From contig OX597838.1 of assembly GCA_951406725.2 (NCBI GenBank), positions 35,712,001 to 35,776,000 of the forward strand: a stretch of 64,000 nucleotides of DNA, given 5' to 3'. Shown here in pieces: positions 38,430 to 51,888 of this stretch. The number at the start of each line of letters is the position of its first letter. Within the stretch, counting starts at the first letter, position 1. The notes below the pieces were generated by a model. It was not told the DNA's origin. It was given only the letters and a program-made list of their open reading frames with translations, and did not search any database. A program made the position numbers and the translations under genes. The DNA comes from Octopus vulgaris. Its lineage: Eukaryota.

Positions 38430-39060
38430 TGAGGGGATTACATTGACCCCAGTACTTAACTGATACTTCTTTTATCGACCCCAAAAGGATGAGAGACAAA
38501 GTTGACCTCGGTGGAATTTGAAATCAGAGCACGAAGATAGGTGAAATGCTGCTAAGCATTTCCCCTAGCATGCTAATATTTATTATTTCTTTATTGCCCA
38601 CAAGGGGCTAAACATAGAAGGGGACAAACAAGGACAGAAAAATGGATTAAGTCTATTATATTGACCCCAGTGCGTAACTGGTACTTATTTAATCAACACC
38701 GAAAAGATGAAAGGCAAAGTCGACCTCGGCGGAATTTGAACTCTGAACGTAACGGCAGACGAAATACTGTTAAGCATTTCACCCTGTGTGCTAATGATTC
38801 TGCCAGCTTTCTTCCATGCTAATGTTTCTGTCAGCTTGCTACCTTTGATTTCAAATTTTGGCAAAGAGCCAGCAATATCGGGGCAAGGGGTAAGTCGATT
38901 ATATTAACCACAGTGCTCAATTGGTACTTATTTTATTGACCCCTGAGAAGATGAAAGTCAAAGTTGACTCAGGTGCCATATGAACTCAAAAACGTAAAGT
39001 TGGTTGAAATGCTGTGGTGCATTTTGCCTGGTGCCGTAATGAATCTGTCAGCTCACAGCC
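38430..39060 (-). mobile_element. Nested/tandem family C SINEs (younger copy 38580-38810 inside an older one)
   Basis: Three C cores on the minus strand; CATGCTAAT is repeated on both sides of the inner copy. Confidence 0.8.
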
Positions 39061-39334
39061 CTACGTTCTCTTAATATTAATTGCTTGCTGTCCAAGATAA
39101 TGATTGGCAGTGATAATGATTAATTGCTTGCTGTCCAAGATACTGATTGCCTAATTAGTGAGGACAATCTGGCTATTTCTCTTATTTTTAAAACAAATTT
39201 GGTAATCAAATGAATGTCTTGGAAATGTCTGTTGTCTTTTATTTGTTAAACTGAAAGTGTTTCAGAGGAATTTTGCTCAAGATGCCATGCAGTGGGACTG
39301 AACTTGGGATCACGTTGTTCGGAAGCAAGCTTCT

Positions 39335-39565
39335 TATTTCTTTATTGCCTACAAGGGGCTAAACATAGAGGGGACAAACAAGGATAGACAAAGAGATTAA
39401 GTCAATTTAATCGACCCCAGTGCGTAACTGGTACTTAATTTATCGACCCCAAAAGGACGAAAGGCAAAGTCGACCTCGGCGGAATTTGAACTCAGAACGT
39501 AACAGCAGATGAAATACTGATAAGCATTTCACCTGGCATGCTAACATTTCTGCCAGCTCACCACC
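39335..39565 (-). mobile_element. SINE family C inserted into a family A head
   Basis: The A head (39270-39592) is split at TTCTTA, which is repeated on both sides. Confidence 0.85.
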
Positions 39566-39740
39566 TTCTTACCACACAACTACACCTGCACCTATATATA
39601 TATATATATATATATAATCATCATCAGCAGCAGCAGTAGTAACTCATATTGGAGTTGTTTATTTGTAGTGAGTGACTGAGCCCCTTCATCCTGATGTGTG
39701 TGAAGGTTGCCCATGCATATTAATGTACATGTACATATAT

Positions 39741-40154
39741 ACTCTTTTACTCTTTTACTTGTTTCAGTCATTTGACTGCGGCCATGCTGGAGCATCGCCT
39801 TTAATCGAGCAACTCGATTAGGGGACTTATTCTTTGTAAGCCCAGTACTTATTCTATCGGTCTCTTTTGCCGAACTGCTAAGTGATGGGGACATAAACAT
39901 ACCAGCATCGGTTGTCAAGCAATGCTAGGGTGACAAACACAGACACACAAACATATACACACACATACATATATATATATACATATATACGACAGGCTTC
40001 TTTCAGTTTCCATCCACCAAATCCACTCACAAGGCTTTGGTCGGCCCGAGGCTATAGCAGAAGACACTTGCCCAAGATGCCATGCAGTGGGACTGAACCC
40101 GGAACCATGTGGTTGGCAAGCAAAGCTACTTACCACACAGCCACTCCTGCGCCT
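39741..40154 (-). mobile_element. SINE family A, full length
   Basis: Reverse complement of family A. Confidence 0.92.
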
Positions 40155-41019
40155 ATATATGTACATTTGTATTATAAATATCCATGTATATTCATATATG
40201 TGTGTGTGGGTGTGTATGAATATATATATACATGCACATTTACATCTACGCGCTATTTGAATACTAGTTCCACAATTGAATCTACTATTCAAATATCTTA
40301 CTTGAATTGTCCTCAGGTGTTGAATATTATTGCATATAATTGGAAAACCTGATAGTATAGCAAATTTTTGATATGCAGGTATTCATATAAGCTGAAAAAC
40401 CCCTGCTCCTTCTTCCCTTCCACCCTACTGCCCACTTCGCCATAAGATGTATTGGCAATATTAAAATAAGACTACTTCTAAAAATAGACCCCTGAGTAAT
40501 GGCCACCCTTCCTTAATATTGCTATACTCTGCCTTAAAAAAAAGAAAATTGAGTGATAATATTATAAGGTAATTAATTAAATGACTTAACCAGCCTCATT
40601 ACAGTTAATATATAATAATATGCCTGGAAGCCAGTTAAGAAATATTGAAGTTAATTCAAAAGGAAATTTTTTATCCTTAAATCAAAATATACAAATATAT
40701 CTGAAATAGAATATTATATTATTAACTAGAGGGAATAACTTTGGTCTGTTAATTTTTTAATCCTGAACTTCATATTATAACACAACTGTTAATATTGGAA
40801 TGATGGTTTCACTGTAAAAGTAATTGTTAATAAGTAAAATTAAAACTTAACGAGTTTTTAACTTTTATCTCTTTCATCTTTCAAACGCATCAACTCAAAG
40901 AGCAGCTTTGAGCTTTTTTTTTTCTTTTTAAAGTAGGTACTATATTTAATAGCTTCTGCTGTTTATTTGATGGCTCAGTGGATGGTTAGAGGGATAGATG
41001 AACGGATACATGGAGAAAT

Positions 41020-41050
41020 AGATGTATAAATAGGTAGGTAGGTAGGTAGG

Positions 41051-41082
<32 letters not shown>

Positions 41083-41555
41083 AAGAGATATGAATGGCTA
41101 AAGAGAAAAATAGATGACAGGATAGATAGATAAATGGATGGCTAGATATGTAGGGAGATAGATAGATAGATAGACAGACAGATAGATAGTAAGATAGATA
41201 GATAGATAGATAGAAATAGATAGATAGATAGATAGAATGGCTAAAGAGAAAATATTTGACAGGATAGATAGATAAATGGATGGCTAGATAGGTAAGATTA
41301 GATAGATAGGTAGATAGATAGATAGATAGGTGGTTATTTAGTGATATAAATAGAAATATAGATAGAGGATGGTTATGGAGATAGATTGCTTGATAGATAA
41401 ATAAATAGATAAATAGATAGAGACAGGTGTTTGGATAGATAGATAGATAGATAGACAGAGGGATAGATGGTTGGCTTGAAAGAAAGATTAGTGATTAGAT
41501 GGATGGTTAGATAGATAGATTGACCTATGGATAGACAGATAGGTGGAGAGATAAA
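41020..41555. repeat. (GATA)n/(GGTA)n tetranucleotide tract with an internal ~57-bp duplication
   Basis: GAATGGCTAAAGAGAAAA...GACAGGATAGATAGATAAATGGATGGCTAGATA occurs near 41092 and 41235. Confidence 0.9.
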
Positions 41556-42009
41556 ATTATAATTATAATTGTGATATTCTGTATAATTATTTTATATATA
41601 ATTGTTGAATATGTCAAAATATATATAATTGAGTATTGAAACTACTAAAAGATTGAATCAGGATTTGAGAACTAAAATGTATAATATAATTAATTTTGTT
41701 CAAGTTGTTATATAATAATATATAAGTACTAAGTGTTTGAGTGATAAAATATTAAAATCTAGACAGATTTTAATTTGCACTTAGCAACTATTCGTATTTT
41801 TATGGTTAGTATTTATTCCAATATTAACAATTGTATTGTGTTTCAGTCTAAAAAACAGAATACAGAAAAAGAAAACAGAAATTAATGAATCCTAGTTATT
41901 TGCTGTTTTTAATAATGTAACATCTTATTTTCAACAATGCAGAAAATTTATATATTTTGAGTTAAGGATATATCTCTATTGATCCATCTTCTCTGCTCAA
42001 TATTCCCAA

Positions 42010-42391
42010 TGTGGAAGCACTCCGTCAGTTATGACGACGAGGGTTCCGGTTGATCTGAATCAATGGAACAGCCTGCTCGTGAAATTAACGTGTAAGTGGC
42101 TGAGCACTCCACAGACACGTGTACCCTTAACGCAGTTCTCAGGGATATTCAGCGTGACACAGAGAGTGACAAGGCTGGCCCTTTGAAATACAGGTACAAC
42201 AGGAAGTAAGAGTGAGAGAAAGTTGTGGTGAAAGAGTACAGCAGGGATCACCACCATCCCCTGCCGGAGCCTCGTGGAGCTTTTAGGTGTTTTCGCTCAA
42301 TAAACACTCACAACGCTCAGTGTGGGAATCGAAACCGCGATCCTACGACCGCGAGCCCGCTGCCCTAACCACTGGGCCATTGCGCCTCCAC
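42010..42391 (-). mobile_element. SINE family B with TSD
   Basis: TSD ATATTCCCAA at 42000-42009 and 42392-42401. Confidence 0.92.
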
Positions 42392-42611
42392 ATATTCCCA
42401 AAAATGCTGTATGGATAGAGTCCTCAGGTACCGCCTACAGAGGGTCCTATCAGATGTGACCATCCTTACACTTTCTGGCCAGCATCCCAAATATAATTGA
42501 CTCATTCTTTCTCTGTCTCTAGGACATCTGCTATATGGATCAGCTTCAAACATCTATGTGGTTCTTTCCTGAGGTATCACATGTGCATCGTACCAGAACT
42601 GTAACTTCTCA

Positions 42612-43023
42612 GGTGAGCTGGCAGAAACGTTAGCACGGCGGGCGGAATGCTTGGCGGTATTTCGTCTGCTGTTACATTCTGAGTTCAAATTCCGCCGAGG
42701 TCGACTTTGCCTTTCATCCTTTTGGGCTCAATAAGTTAAGTACCAGTTACGCACTGGGGTCGATGTAATCGACTTCATCCTTTTGTCTGTTCTTGTTTGT
42801 CCCCTCTATGTTTAGCCCCTTGTGGGCAATAAAGAAATAAGTATTTCGTCTGCCGCTACATTCTGAGTTCAAATTCCGCCGAGGTCGACTTTGCCTTTCA
42901 TCCTTTTGGGCTCAATAAGCTAAGTACCAGTTACGCACTGGGGTCGATGTAATCGACTTCATCCTTTTGTCTGTTCTTGTTTGTCCCCTCTATGTTTAGC
43001 CCCTTGTGGGCAATAAAGAAATA
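42612..43023 (+). mobile_element. Dimeric family C SINE within one TSD
   Basis: 17-bp TSD AGAACTGTAACTTCTCA at 42595-42611 and 43024-43040; the second monomer is 5'-truncated. Confidence 0.9.
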
Positions 43024-43247
43024 AGAACTGTAACTTCTCAATGCAGAAAAGTAGTGACTCGATCTGAAGAGACTCCCTGATCTCCAAGCTATCTACCTTG
43101 TCAAGTAAAATTATTCCAGAGATCCTTTGTGGCTAAGAAGCTTGTTTCCCAGGCATGTGGCCTTGGGTTCAGTCCCACGGTATGGCACCTTCTATTCCCA
43201 GCTGACCAAAGCCTTGTGAGTGGATTTGGTAGATAGAAACTGAAAGA

Positions 43248-43457
43248 TGAGCTGGCAGAAACATGAGCAGAAACATGAAACGTCTGCCGTTACGTTGTGA
43301 GTTCAAATCCCGCCGAGGTTGACTTTGCCTTTCATCCTTTCGGGGTCGATAAATTAAGTACCAGTTACGCATTGGGGTCGATGTAATCGACTTAATCCCT
43401 TTGTCTGTCCTTGTTTGTCCCCTCTGTGTTTAGCCCCTTGTGAGCAATAAAGAAATA
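43248..43457 (+). mobile_element. SINE family C nested in an old family A copy (43128-43740)
   Basis: 13-bp TSD AGAAACTGAAAGA at 43235-43247 and 43458-43470. Confidence 0.9.
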
Positions 43458-44251
43458 AGAAACTGAAAGAAATCTATTATGTGTGTGTAAATATAGATAT
43501 ATTTTTGTGAGTGTGTGTATATAAATATATGTATTTGTGAGTGTGTGTATGTATGACAACTGCTGTGGGATTGTTATGTTCCCATAACTTAGTGGCTCAG
43601 CAAAAGAAACTCATAGAATAAGTACCAGACTTGATAAAAATAAAAAAAAAAGAGAAGTCCTGGAAGTTGATCTGTTTAACTGAAACCTTCAGGATGGTGC
43701 CCCAGCATCCAACCATCTCATTCTTTCTGAAACAACTAAAAAATACAAGAAAGATACAAGAAATGTCACATGACTAACTTGCTTGCATGATTGTGTTCAT
43801 TCCTTTGTTTTACATCTGTTTCTCCAAGCTTGGAAGGGTTAGATGGTTACATTGTAGCCAGGTTTTTGTTTCACAGCACGGTACACTTCGTGGTACTGAC
43901 TTGGATCAATTTTTTGAAGTAAGGGATTGTTTATACTTCCATGTGTTTGAAAGCACAGAGCCAGAAGATGATCTTTTCACTGAAAATACCAAGTGACCTT
44001 GTCTAAAGTTGACTTTGTCAGATAACTGCTAATTTCAATGAGCTTTTCAGCCTTTAGCATTCAGTTGCCCCTCTCCAACTTGCCCACGCACTCCCTCCCT
44101 ATCTCTATTTATCGATACGTATACACACACACACATACATATACATACATATATACATACACACACACATGGACTCACATGTATTCATACATATATACAT
44201 GTACATACATACATACATACATACGTGTATATATATATATATATATATATA

Positions 44252-44976
44252 TAATAAACCTTTACATAAATAAATAACGTGAAATACACGAAGGGACGAA
44301 CAAAAAACAAACGGGTCATTCAAAGCCTTCATTCTTCAGTCAGAAACTGATCCCTCATCGCAGATTTCGGCTGTTTAATTCTGAGATCCGCTCTGAATCA
44401 GCCAGCCACAGAAGGAAAGAATGCAACGCAACAGAGACGAACATGAAACGAAAAATCTTTTTTGGAGACAGTAACGGTTAAAAACATGGATGACACAGGC
44501 ACCCTACGGCTTTGAGACAAAAAGAGAGACACAAAAATAATATCAGCAAGCGTGGAAAAATAATTACCTTTTCGGTGATAAGACACATGTTGAACAAGCG
44601 GCCGATGGAAACAGAATGACTGAGGCAGCAAGTCGCAAGAGGGTAAGAGAGAGAAGGGGGTAAGAGAGAGAGGGGACTAAGGAGGGTGGAAGGCGAGGAC
44701 AGAAGCAGTGACCAAGAGAGAGAGGGAGAGAAGGAATCAGAGAAGAAGCAGTGACCAAGAGAGAGAGGGAGAGAAGGAATCAGAGAAGAAGCAGTGACCA
44801 AGAGAGAGAGGGAGAGAAGGAATCAGAGAGGCTGGGAGAAAAAGGCGCCAAAACAATTTGGCAACGAAGCAATGGCGAAGGAAAGAAAATAGTTTAAAGA
44901 CATTGTGCAGGGGTTTTGATATGATAAACATAAAGAAGTTATTATGCACGTACGCTGCGAAATATATAATAAACCT
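44252..44976 (-). mobile_element. Family G insert in (TA)n with an internal tandem repeat
   Basis: TAATAAACCT at both ends; AGAAGCAGTGACCAAGAGAGAG..GGAGAGAAGGAATCAG three times at about 44701-44826; homologous to 18020-18145; absent from the paralogous site near 47270. Confidence 0.65.
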
Positions 44977-44981
44977 ATATA

Positions 44982-45020
<39 letters not shown>

Positions 45021-45756
45021 CACATACAAACACATATATATATATATATATACATATACACACACATGTACATACATAAAACATACATATATATATATAC
45101 ACATGTATACACATATATATATATACACATGTGTTTGACTTAGTAGCAGTCAAATACTGGGGTTTTGTCTTGTCACCTCCCTTCAAAAATCTGTTGACCA
45201 TGTTCCTAAACTGGAAACAATTGTGTTATTATTGTCATTACTATGGCGGGGGTTCATGGAGTAAAATACCAGTCGAGTACCGGAGTCGATGGTATCAGTT
45301 AACACCCTTGTCTCGAAATTGCTCACTTTCTGCCTAAATTAGAAACAATTATTATTATTAATAAGCGAAACAGGAATTTCTTGCTTTATTTTTCTATTTT
45401 CTTTTAATTATGTTGCTGCTCATGAAAAATAGAGTCAGAAAAAATTAACTGTTACACCTTTGGGTAAATATCTTCTCGTGAGGAATCATATTCTTTTCCT
45501 TCGTCTTTCTTATATGTTTCCTTCTTACATATCTTCATCTTTTCCTTCTCCTTCTTCTTTTATGTCAGTTTCTTAAATTCGTATTTTAATTTTTAATATA
45601 ATAAATTTTTAAAACTGTATTCAACAGTAATACTCTTTTTTTTTTTTATTTTGAATAAAAAAAAAAACAACTTTTTTTTTCTAACAGGTCTTGAATGATC
45701 ATCATCCTATCCTAATTCAATTTTATGATCCTTCCTCCTTCTCCCACCATCACCAC

Positions 45757-45801
<45 letters not shown>

Positions 45802-46097
45802 TGATAATAATAATACAAAAAAAAAGATAAGACAAAATAAATTTTTATACGATTTCTAGTTGTTGTTATTGTTGTTTTTGGTGTTGTTTAATAAAGAGTT
45901 ATAAATTCAGTAAAAATCTGAATTCATTCTTTGCAGTTTGAGTGAATTTAATGTAGCATACATATTCAGAACGTAATATTCATCTTTCAAATCTAAAATT
46001 CTATGGTAGAAAAATTAATCTAATTTATTGCGAAATTATTTAAATATAACTTCACATTTCTTGCTGCTTGTGCGTACGCGTCTGTGTGCATGTGTGC

Positions 46098-46146
<49 letters not shown>

Positions 46147-46190
46147 GATACGTTTGTGTATATATATATACACATACACACATGTATGTA

Positions 46191-46236
<46 letters not shown>

Positions 46237-46320
46237 CACACACAGCATTGGATAAAATGTTTGTCAAGTATATGTGTGTGTATACATATATTTCTATCTA
46301 TATAGAAATATGTAATTGTC

Positions 46321-46361
<41 letters not shown>

Positions 46362-46706
46362 TTGTGCATATGTTTAGGTATAAATGCATATATATATGTA
46401 CATACATATATATGACTATGGGTCTGCATATAAATCCATATGTGTATATACATGTGTGTGTGTATGTGTGTTTGTGGTGAGGTGGGGGTTATATCTACAT
46501 ACAAGTGTGTATATTTGTCTGTGTGTGTGTGAATGTATGTATGTATATATATATGTGTGTGTGTGTGTGTGTATACACATATGCTCATACCTATATGTAT
46601 GTATATATATATAAAATAAGTATTTATGTGAGTGCAGATAGATTGAGGGGTTTCTGGAAGAGAATGGGAAAATGTCAAATTTTTATCACCTGATTCTTTA
46701 TTCTCT

Positions 46707-46744
<38 letters not shown>

Positions 46745-46960
46745 CCCTCTTCATCTCTCATTTTCCCCTCACTCCATCTCTCACTGCCCTTCCCTTCTTC
46801 TGTATCAGTTTTTCTCAATGATTTCGATAGAAGGTTGCAAAATCAATAAAATTAGTATCGCTGTACAATCCAAGTAATTGAATGCTTGCTGTTTTGTAAA
46901 TATATTTAAAGTGGAAGCTCAACAGAAAAGTCTACATATTCATTCATCCATCCATCCATC

Positions 46961-47003
<43 letters not shown>

Positions 47004-47504
47004 TCAGATATGCAAGCATATACGCCATTTAATGTCCGAAGGCAATGTCAGTATTTTATAGATATACTTGATAATCTCTGCCATTCTCTCTCCCTCACTC
47101 ATTCTCTGCCCCCTCTCTAACTTGCCCACACACACACTTCCTGCCTATCTCTATTTATCGATATGTATACACACACATACATATACATACATATATACAT
47201 ACACACACAGACATGGACTCACATGTTATCATACATATATACACGAACATACATACATACATACATATATATAACACATATATATATATACACACACACA
47301 TGTACATACATAAAACATACATATATATATAACACATACAAACACATATATATATATATATATACATACACACACACATGTACATACATAAAACATACAT
47401 ATATATATAACACATACAAACACACATATATATATATACATATACACACATACACACACATGTACATACATACATATATATATAACACATACAAACACAC
47501 ACAC

Positions 47505-47539
<35 letters not shown>

Positions 47540-48565
47540 TGTACATACATAAAACATACATGCACACTCACACATACACACATAAATAAATAATTCTTGA
47601 CTATTGCAGAAATGTTAGTAGAAATCTAAATACTCAAGTATATTGGAGTTAGTCTTAGGAATAAATTATCTTATGATATATATATATAATGAAGAGGGTG
47701 TATAAAGCGTTCACCCTATAAATCTGTGCATTACAACCCTACCCCCACTGCCCCACCCCTGCACATTCATGCAATCCATTGGATTTTTTCCTTATGAACC
47801 TGTCATTTTTTTCTCCTGGCTCATATTATTTGACTCTTTAAATATTCAGAGGGGAAGATTTTTTTTTTAAAAAGAGTGTTTGAAATAACAGAATATATTT
47901 TTAAATCTGTCATTAGGAAAAAGAAATAAACCAAAAAAAAAAATCAAATAAAAATCAAGTAAAAGAAATAATACAATGAAAGTATGTTTTACAAAAAGTT
48001 GAAGATGGTTCTTATATATACATATATATATATATATATATTTTGTTCATTTGTAATACATACACACTTGTATACATATACAAGTATATGTTGTTTTTTT
48101 TTTACGTAAAGAATCTTTTTCAGAAATATGTATATTTCTGTGTATCATTTTCCAATGGCAAACGCATTTGTTCAATTCCTTAATAGATTCAGTGATTTGG
48201 ATGGAAACTTTTAGAAGACACTCTCTAATTCATCCACATAGATCCATGCACACACCAACATCCAAACACACACACACACATGCATGCTAGACGCATACAT
48301 GCATATAACCATATATATTGTGTGATAGTATTTCGAAGTCATTCTCTATGATTAAATCTAACAACAAATTCATCTGTTTGATTCTGCTAACCCCAGAATA
48401 ATATGGTAGACATATGAAGCAGTGTTGTAAAATTTATGTTTTTCCTTAACATTCTGAAAGTTATTTCATAAAAGTTTAAACAATTTATAAAAAATCATCT
48501 CTGAAATGTTTGGTAGTGTGAAATCCATTCGGCAGTACAAAAAGGGTTGAAAAAAATTTCGTTTA

Positions 48566-48855
48566 CTCTACTCTTTTACTTGTTTCAGTCATTTGACTGC
48601 GGCCATGCTGGAGCACTGCCTTTAATCGAGCAACTCAACCCCGGGACTTATTCTTTTGTAAGCCCAGTACTTATTCTATTGGTCTCTTTTGCCGAACCGC
48701 TAAGTAACGGGGACATAAACACACCAGTATCGGTTGTCAAGCAATGCTACAGGGACAAACACAGACACACAAACATACACGCATATATATATATATATAT
48801 ACACACATATATACGACGGGCTTCTTTCAGTTTCCGTCTACCAAATCCACTCACA
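48566..48855 (-). mobile_element. 5'-truncated SINE family A
   Basis: Tail and core present, tRNA head missing. Confidence 0.88.
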
Positions 48856-49227
48856 TGTAAATATTATGGGAAAATATAATCATCTGCATTCGGATGATAC
48901 AGAGTTGTACTCTGCAGGTGATAGAAAATTAGCAGCCAGAAACACAGCTACTGATAGTTTATGTTATTATTATTATTATTATTATTAAGGTGGCGAGCTG
49001 GCAGAATTGTTTGCGTGCCAGGTGAAATGCTCAGCGGCATTTTATCCATCTACATTCTGAGTTCAAATTCTACCAAAGTTGACTTTACTTTTCATTCTTT
49101 CAGGGTCGATAAAATAAGGGACCAGTTGAACACTGAGATCAATGTAATAAACTTTCCCCACACCCCAGAAATTGCTGGCCTTGTGACAGAATTTGAAACC
49201 ATTATTATTATTATTATTATTATTATT

Positions 49228-49675
49228 GAGTGAGAGGGCAGTTCATGCCATCAAAGTGACACTGGGGTAAAATATACGAAGCCCAATATACCCATCATGA
49301 CTACCCGTCTGATAAGGGTACACAAGGCACATGCATCACAACCATATGTGCGCAACATGGTGATCTCATATCAAGATAAACAGCACATGACCTTGCAGGT
49401 GGGGCCCCAGTTAGAATTTTTTTCTCTTCTGGTCGAGTAACCCCTCCCGCTCAAATGGTCCCTGAATAAGGGTTGTTTAAGGATGTTGAAAGAACCACCC
49501 ATGTTTCCAGAGGTGAATTATTTAAACCCCAAAGAATCCCTCTCAACACATAGCTATGATGCTCCCCCACTACTTCTGCTTGTGATCAGCGATGCACATA
49601 TCGTCGGCCACCAAGGGACATGCTCAACTGGTTAAGGTCAAACAACTGACAAGCAAATCTGTGGCATTGAGCAGA

Positions 49676-49677
<2 letters not shown>
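49228..49677 (-). mobile_element. Family D element, truncated, in (ATT)n
   Basis: Invariant junction (ATT)n-GAGTGAG; the other end stops early relative to the 50318 copy. Confidence 0.85.
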
Positions 49678-49713
<36 letters not shown>

Positions 49714-50317
49714 CATCATCATGATTATTTTTATAGACGATATCGTGAGGTTGTTGATTGAAGATGTTGTGTCTACCGGGGGTTTGTACTGTTTGTCAAG
49801 TCACAACAAGGACCTCAGGCAGACAGTACTTTACGCAATATGTGTTATTATTATTATTATTATTAATGTGGCAAGCTGACAGACTTGTTAGAATGCCAGT
49901 TGGAATGCTTAATGGCATTTTGTCAATCTTTATGTCCCGAGTTCAAATTCTGTGGAGCTTGACTTTGCCTTTTATCCTTTTGTAGCCAATAAAATAAGTA
50001 CAGTGGGATTGATGTAATAGATTAGCCCCCACCTCACATTTCAGGCCTTGTGCCAGTAGCAGAAAGGATTATTATCATTATTATTCTTAGCTTGTGGAGC
50101 TTGCAGAATCATTAGCATGCCCCCAAAACACTTTGCAGTATTCTGTCTGTCTTTACATTTTGTGTTCAAATTCAGCCAAGGTTAACTTTGTCTTTCCTCC
50201 TCTCATGGTTGGCAAAACTATGACCCTTTGTGCACTGGGGTCAATATAATCAACTAGCCCCTTTCCCCCAAATCCCAGGCCTTTTGCCTATAGGAGAAAG
50301 GCCTTATTATTATTATT

Positions 50318-50859
50318 GAGTGAGAGAGCAGTGCATGCCATTAAAGTGACACTGGGGTAAAATATATGAAGCCCAGTATACCCATCATGACTACCCGTCT
50401 GATAAGGGTACACTAGACATGTGCATCCCAACCATATGTGCATGACATGGTAATCTCATATCGAGATAAACAGCACATGACCTTGCAGGTGGGGCCCAGT
50501 TAGAATTTTCTTCTGGTTGAGTAACCCATCCTGCTCAAAGGATTGTTTCAGGATATTGAATGAACCACCCTTGTTTCCAAAGGTGAATTATCCAAACCTC
50601 TAAGAATTCCTTTCTACAAACGGCTATGATGCTCCTCGACTACTTCTGCTCATGATCAGGAATGCACATATTGTCAGCCACTAAGGGACATGTTCAACTG
50701 GTTAAGGTCAAACAACTGACAAGTAAATCTGTGGTATTAAGCAGAATATTTGCTGTAGCCCATCTTTTATACCAAGACAAAACAATGTACATGATAACAC
50801 TTCCAATCAGTTAAGATCAGAAGCCATGAGAGCCACTGCCTGGTACTGCATCAGGGCAT
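50318..50859 (-). mobile_element. Family D element, apparently full length, in (ATT)n
   Basis: (ATT)n-GAGTGAGAGAGCAG...CTGGTACTGCATCAGGGCAT-(TTA)n. Confidence 0.85.
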
Positions 50860-51888
50860 TTATTATTATTATTATTATTATCATTATTTAAGACATCGCA
50901 CAGTATTCAATATTGTGATGTTGATTGAAGATATTGTGTCTACCAGGGGTTTATACTGTCTGCTAAGTCACAACAAGGACTTCAAGGCAGACAGTACTTT
51001 ACGCAATATGCATGCAGTTCCAAGTAAAGCCAATTTTTGCAACACACCTGGATTGTAGGGTATTTCTAAGGTTTCTAGATGTTTCTTCAGGTTGGGTGGT
51101 ATTGAACCCAATGCTCCAATGACAACAGGGACAACCTTTGTGCTGAGCTGGCAGAATCATTACCTTGCTGGGCAAACTGTATAGCAGCATTTTGTCAGGC
51201 CTTACGTTCTGAGTTCAAATTCCACTGAGGTTGGCTTTGCTTTCCATCCTTTTGAGGTGGCTAAAATAAGTACTAGTTGAGCTCTGGCACTGATCTAATT
51301 GTCTATTTCCCTCCCTAAAATTGCTGGCTTTATGCCAAAATTTTAAACTATTATTGTTATTATCATTATTATTATTATTATTGAAAGCAGTGAGCTGGCA
51401 GAATTGTTAGCAAAGTGGAAGAAATGCTTAATGGTATTTCACCCATTGCTGCATTCTGAGTTCAAATTCTGTTGAGGTTGACTTAGTCCTTCATCCTTTC
51501 GGGGTCAATAAAATAAGTACCATTTGAACACTGGGGTCGATGTAATTGGCTCATCCCCTCCTGCAAACTTGCTGCCCTTGTGGCAAAATTTGAAACCATT
51601 ATTATTATCATTATTATTACTATTATTGAAAGTATCAAACTGGCAGAATCGTTAGCACAGTGGAAAAATGCTTGGTGGTATCTGTATGTCTTTACGATCT
51701 GAGTTCATATTCCACCAAGGTTGACTTTGCCTTTCATCCCTTTGGGCTCGTTAAATTAAGTACCAGTGAAACACTGGGGTCGATATAACTGACTGAAGCC
51801 CTCCCACCAAATTTCCAGCCTTGTGTTTCTAGTAGATAGGATAATTATTATCATTATTAATATTATTATTATTATTATTATTATTATT

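Larger units (their letters stand above)
48988..51888 (+). mobile_element. Array of old family C SINEs with (ATT)n tails, interleaved with family D
   Basis: C copies start near 48990, 49870, 50095, 51143, 51388 and 51635, each ending in (ATT)n. Confidence 0.8.
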
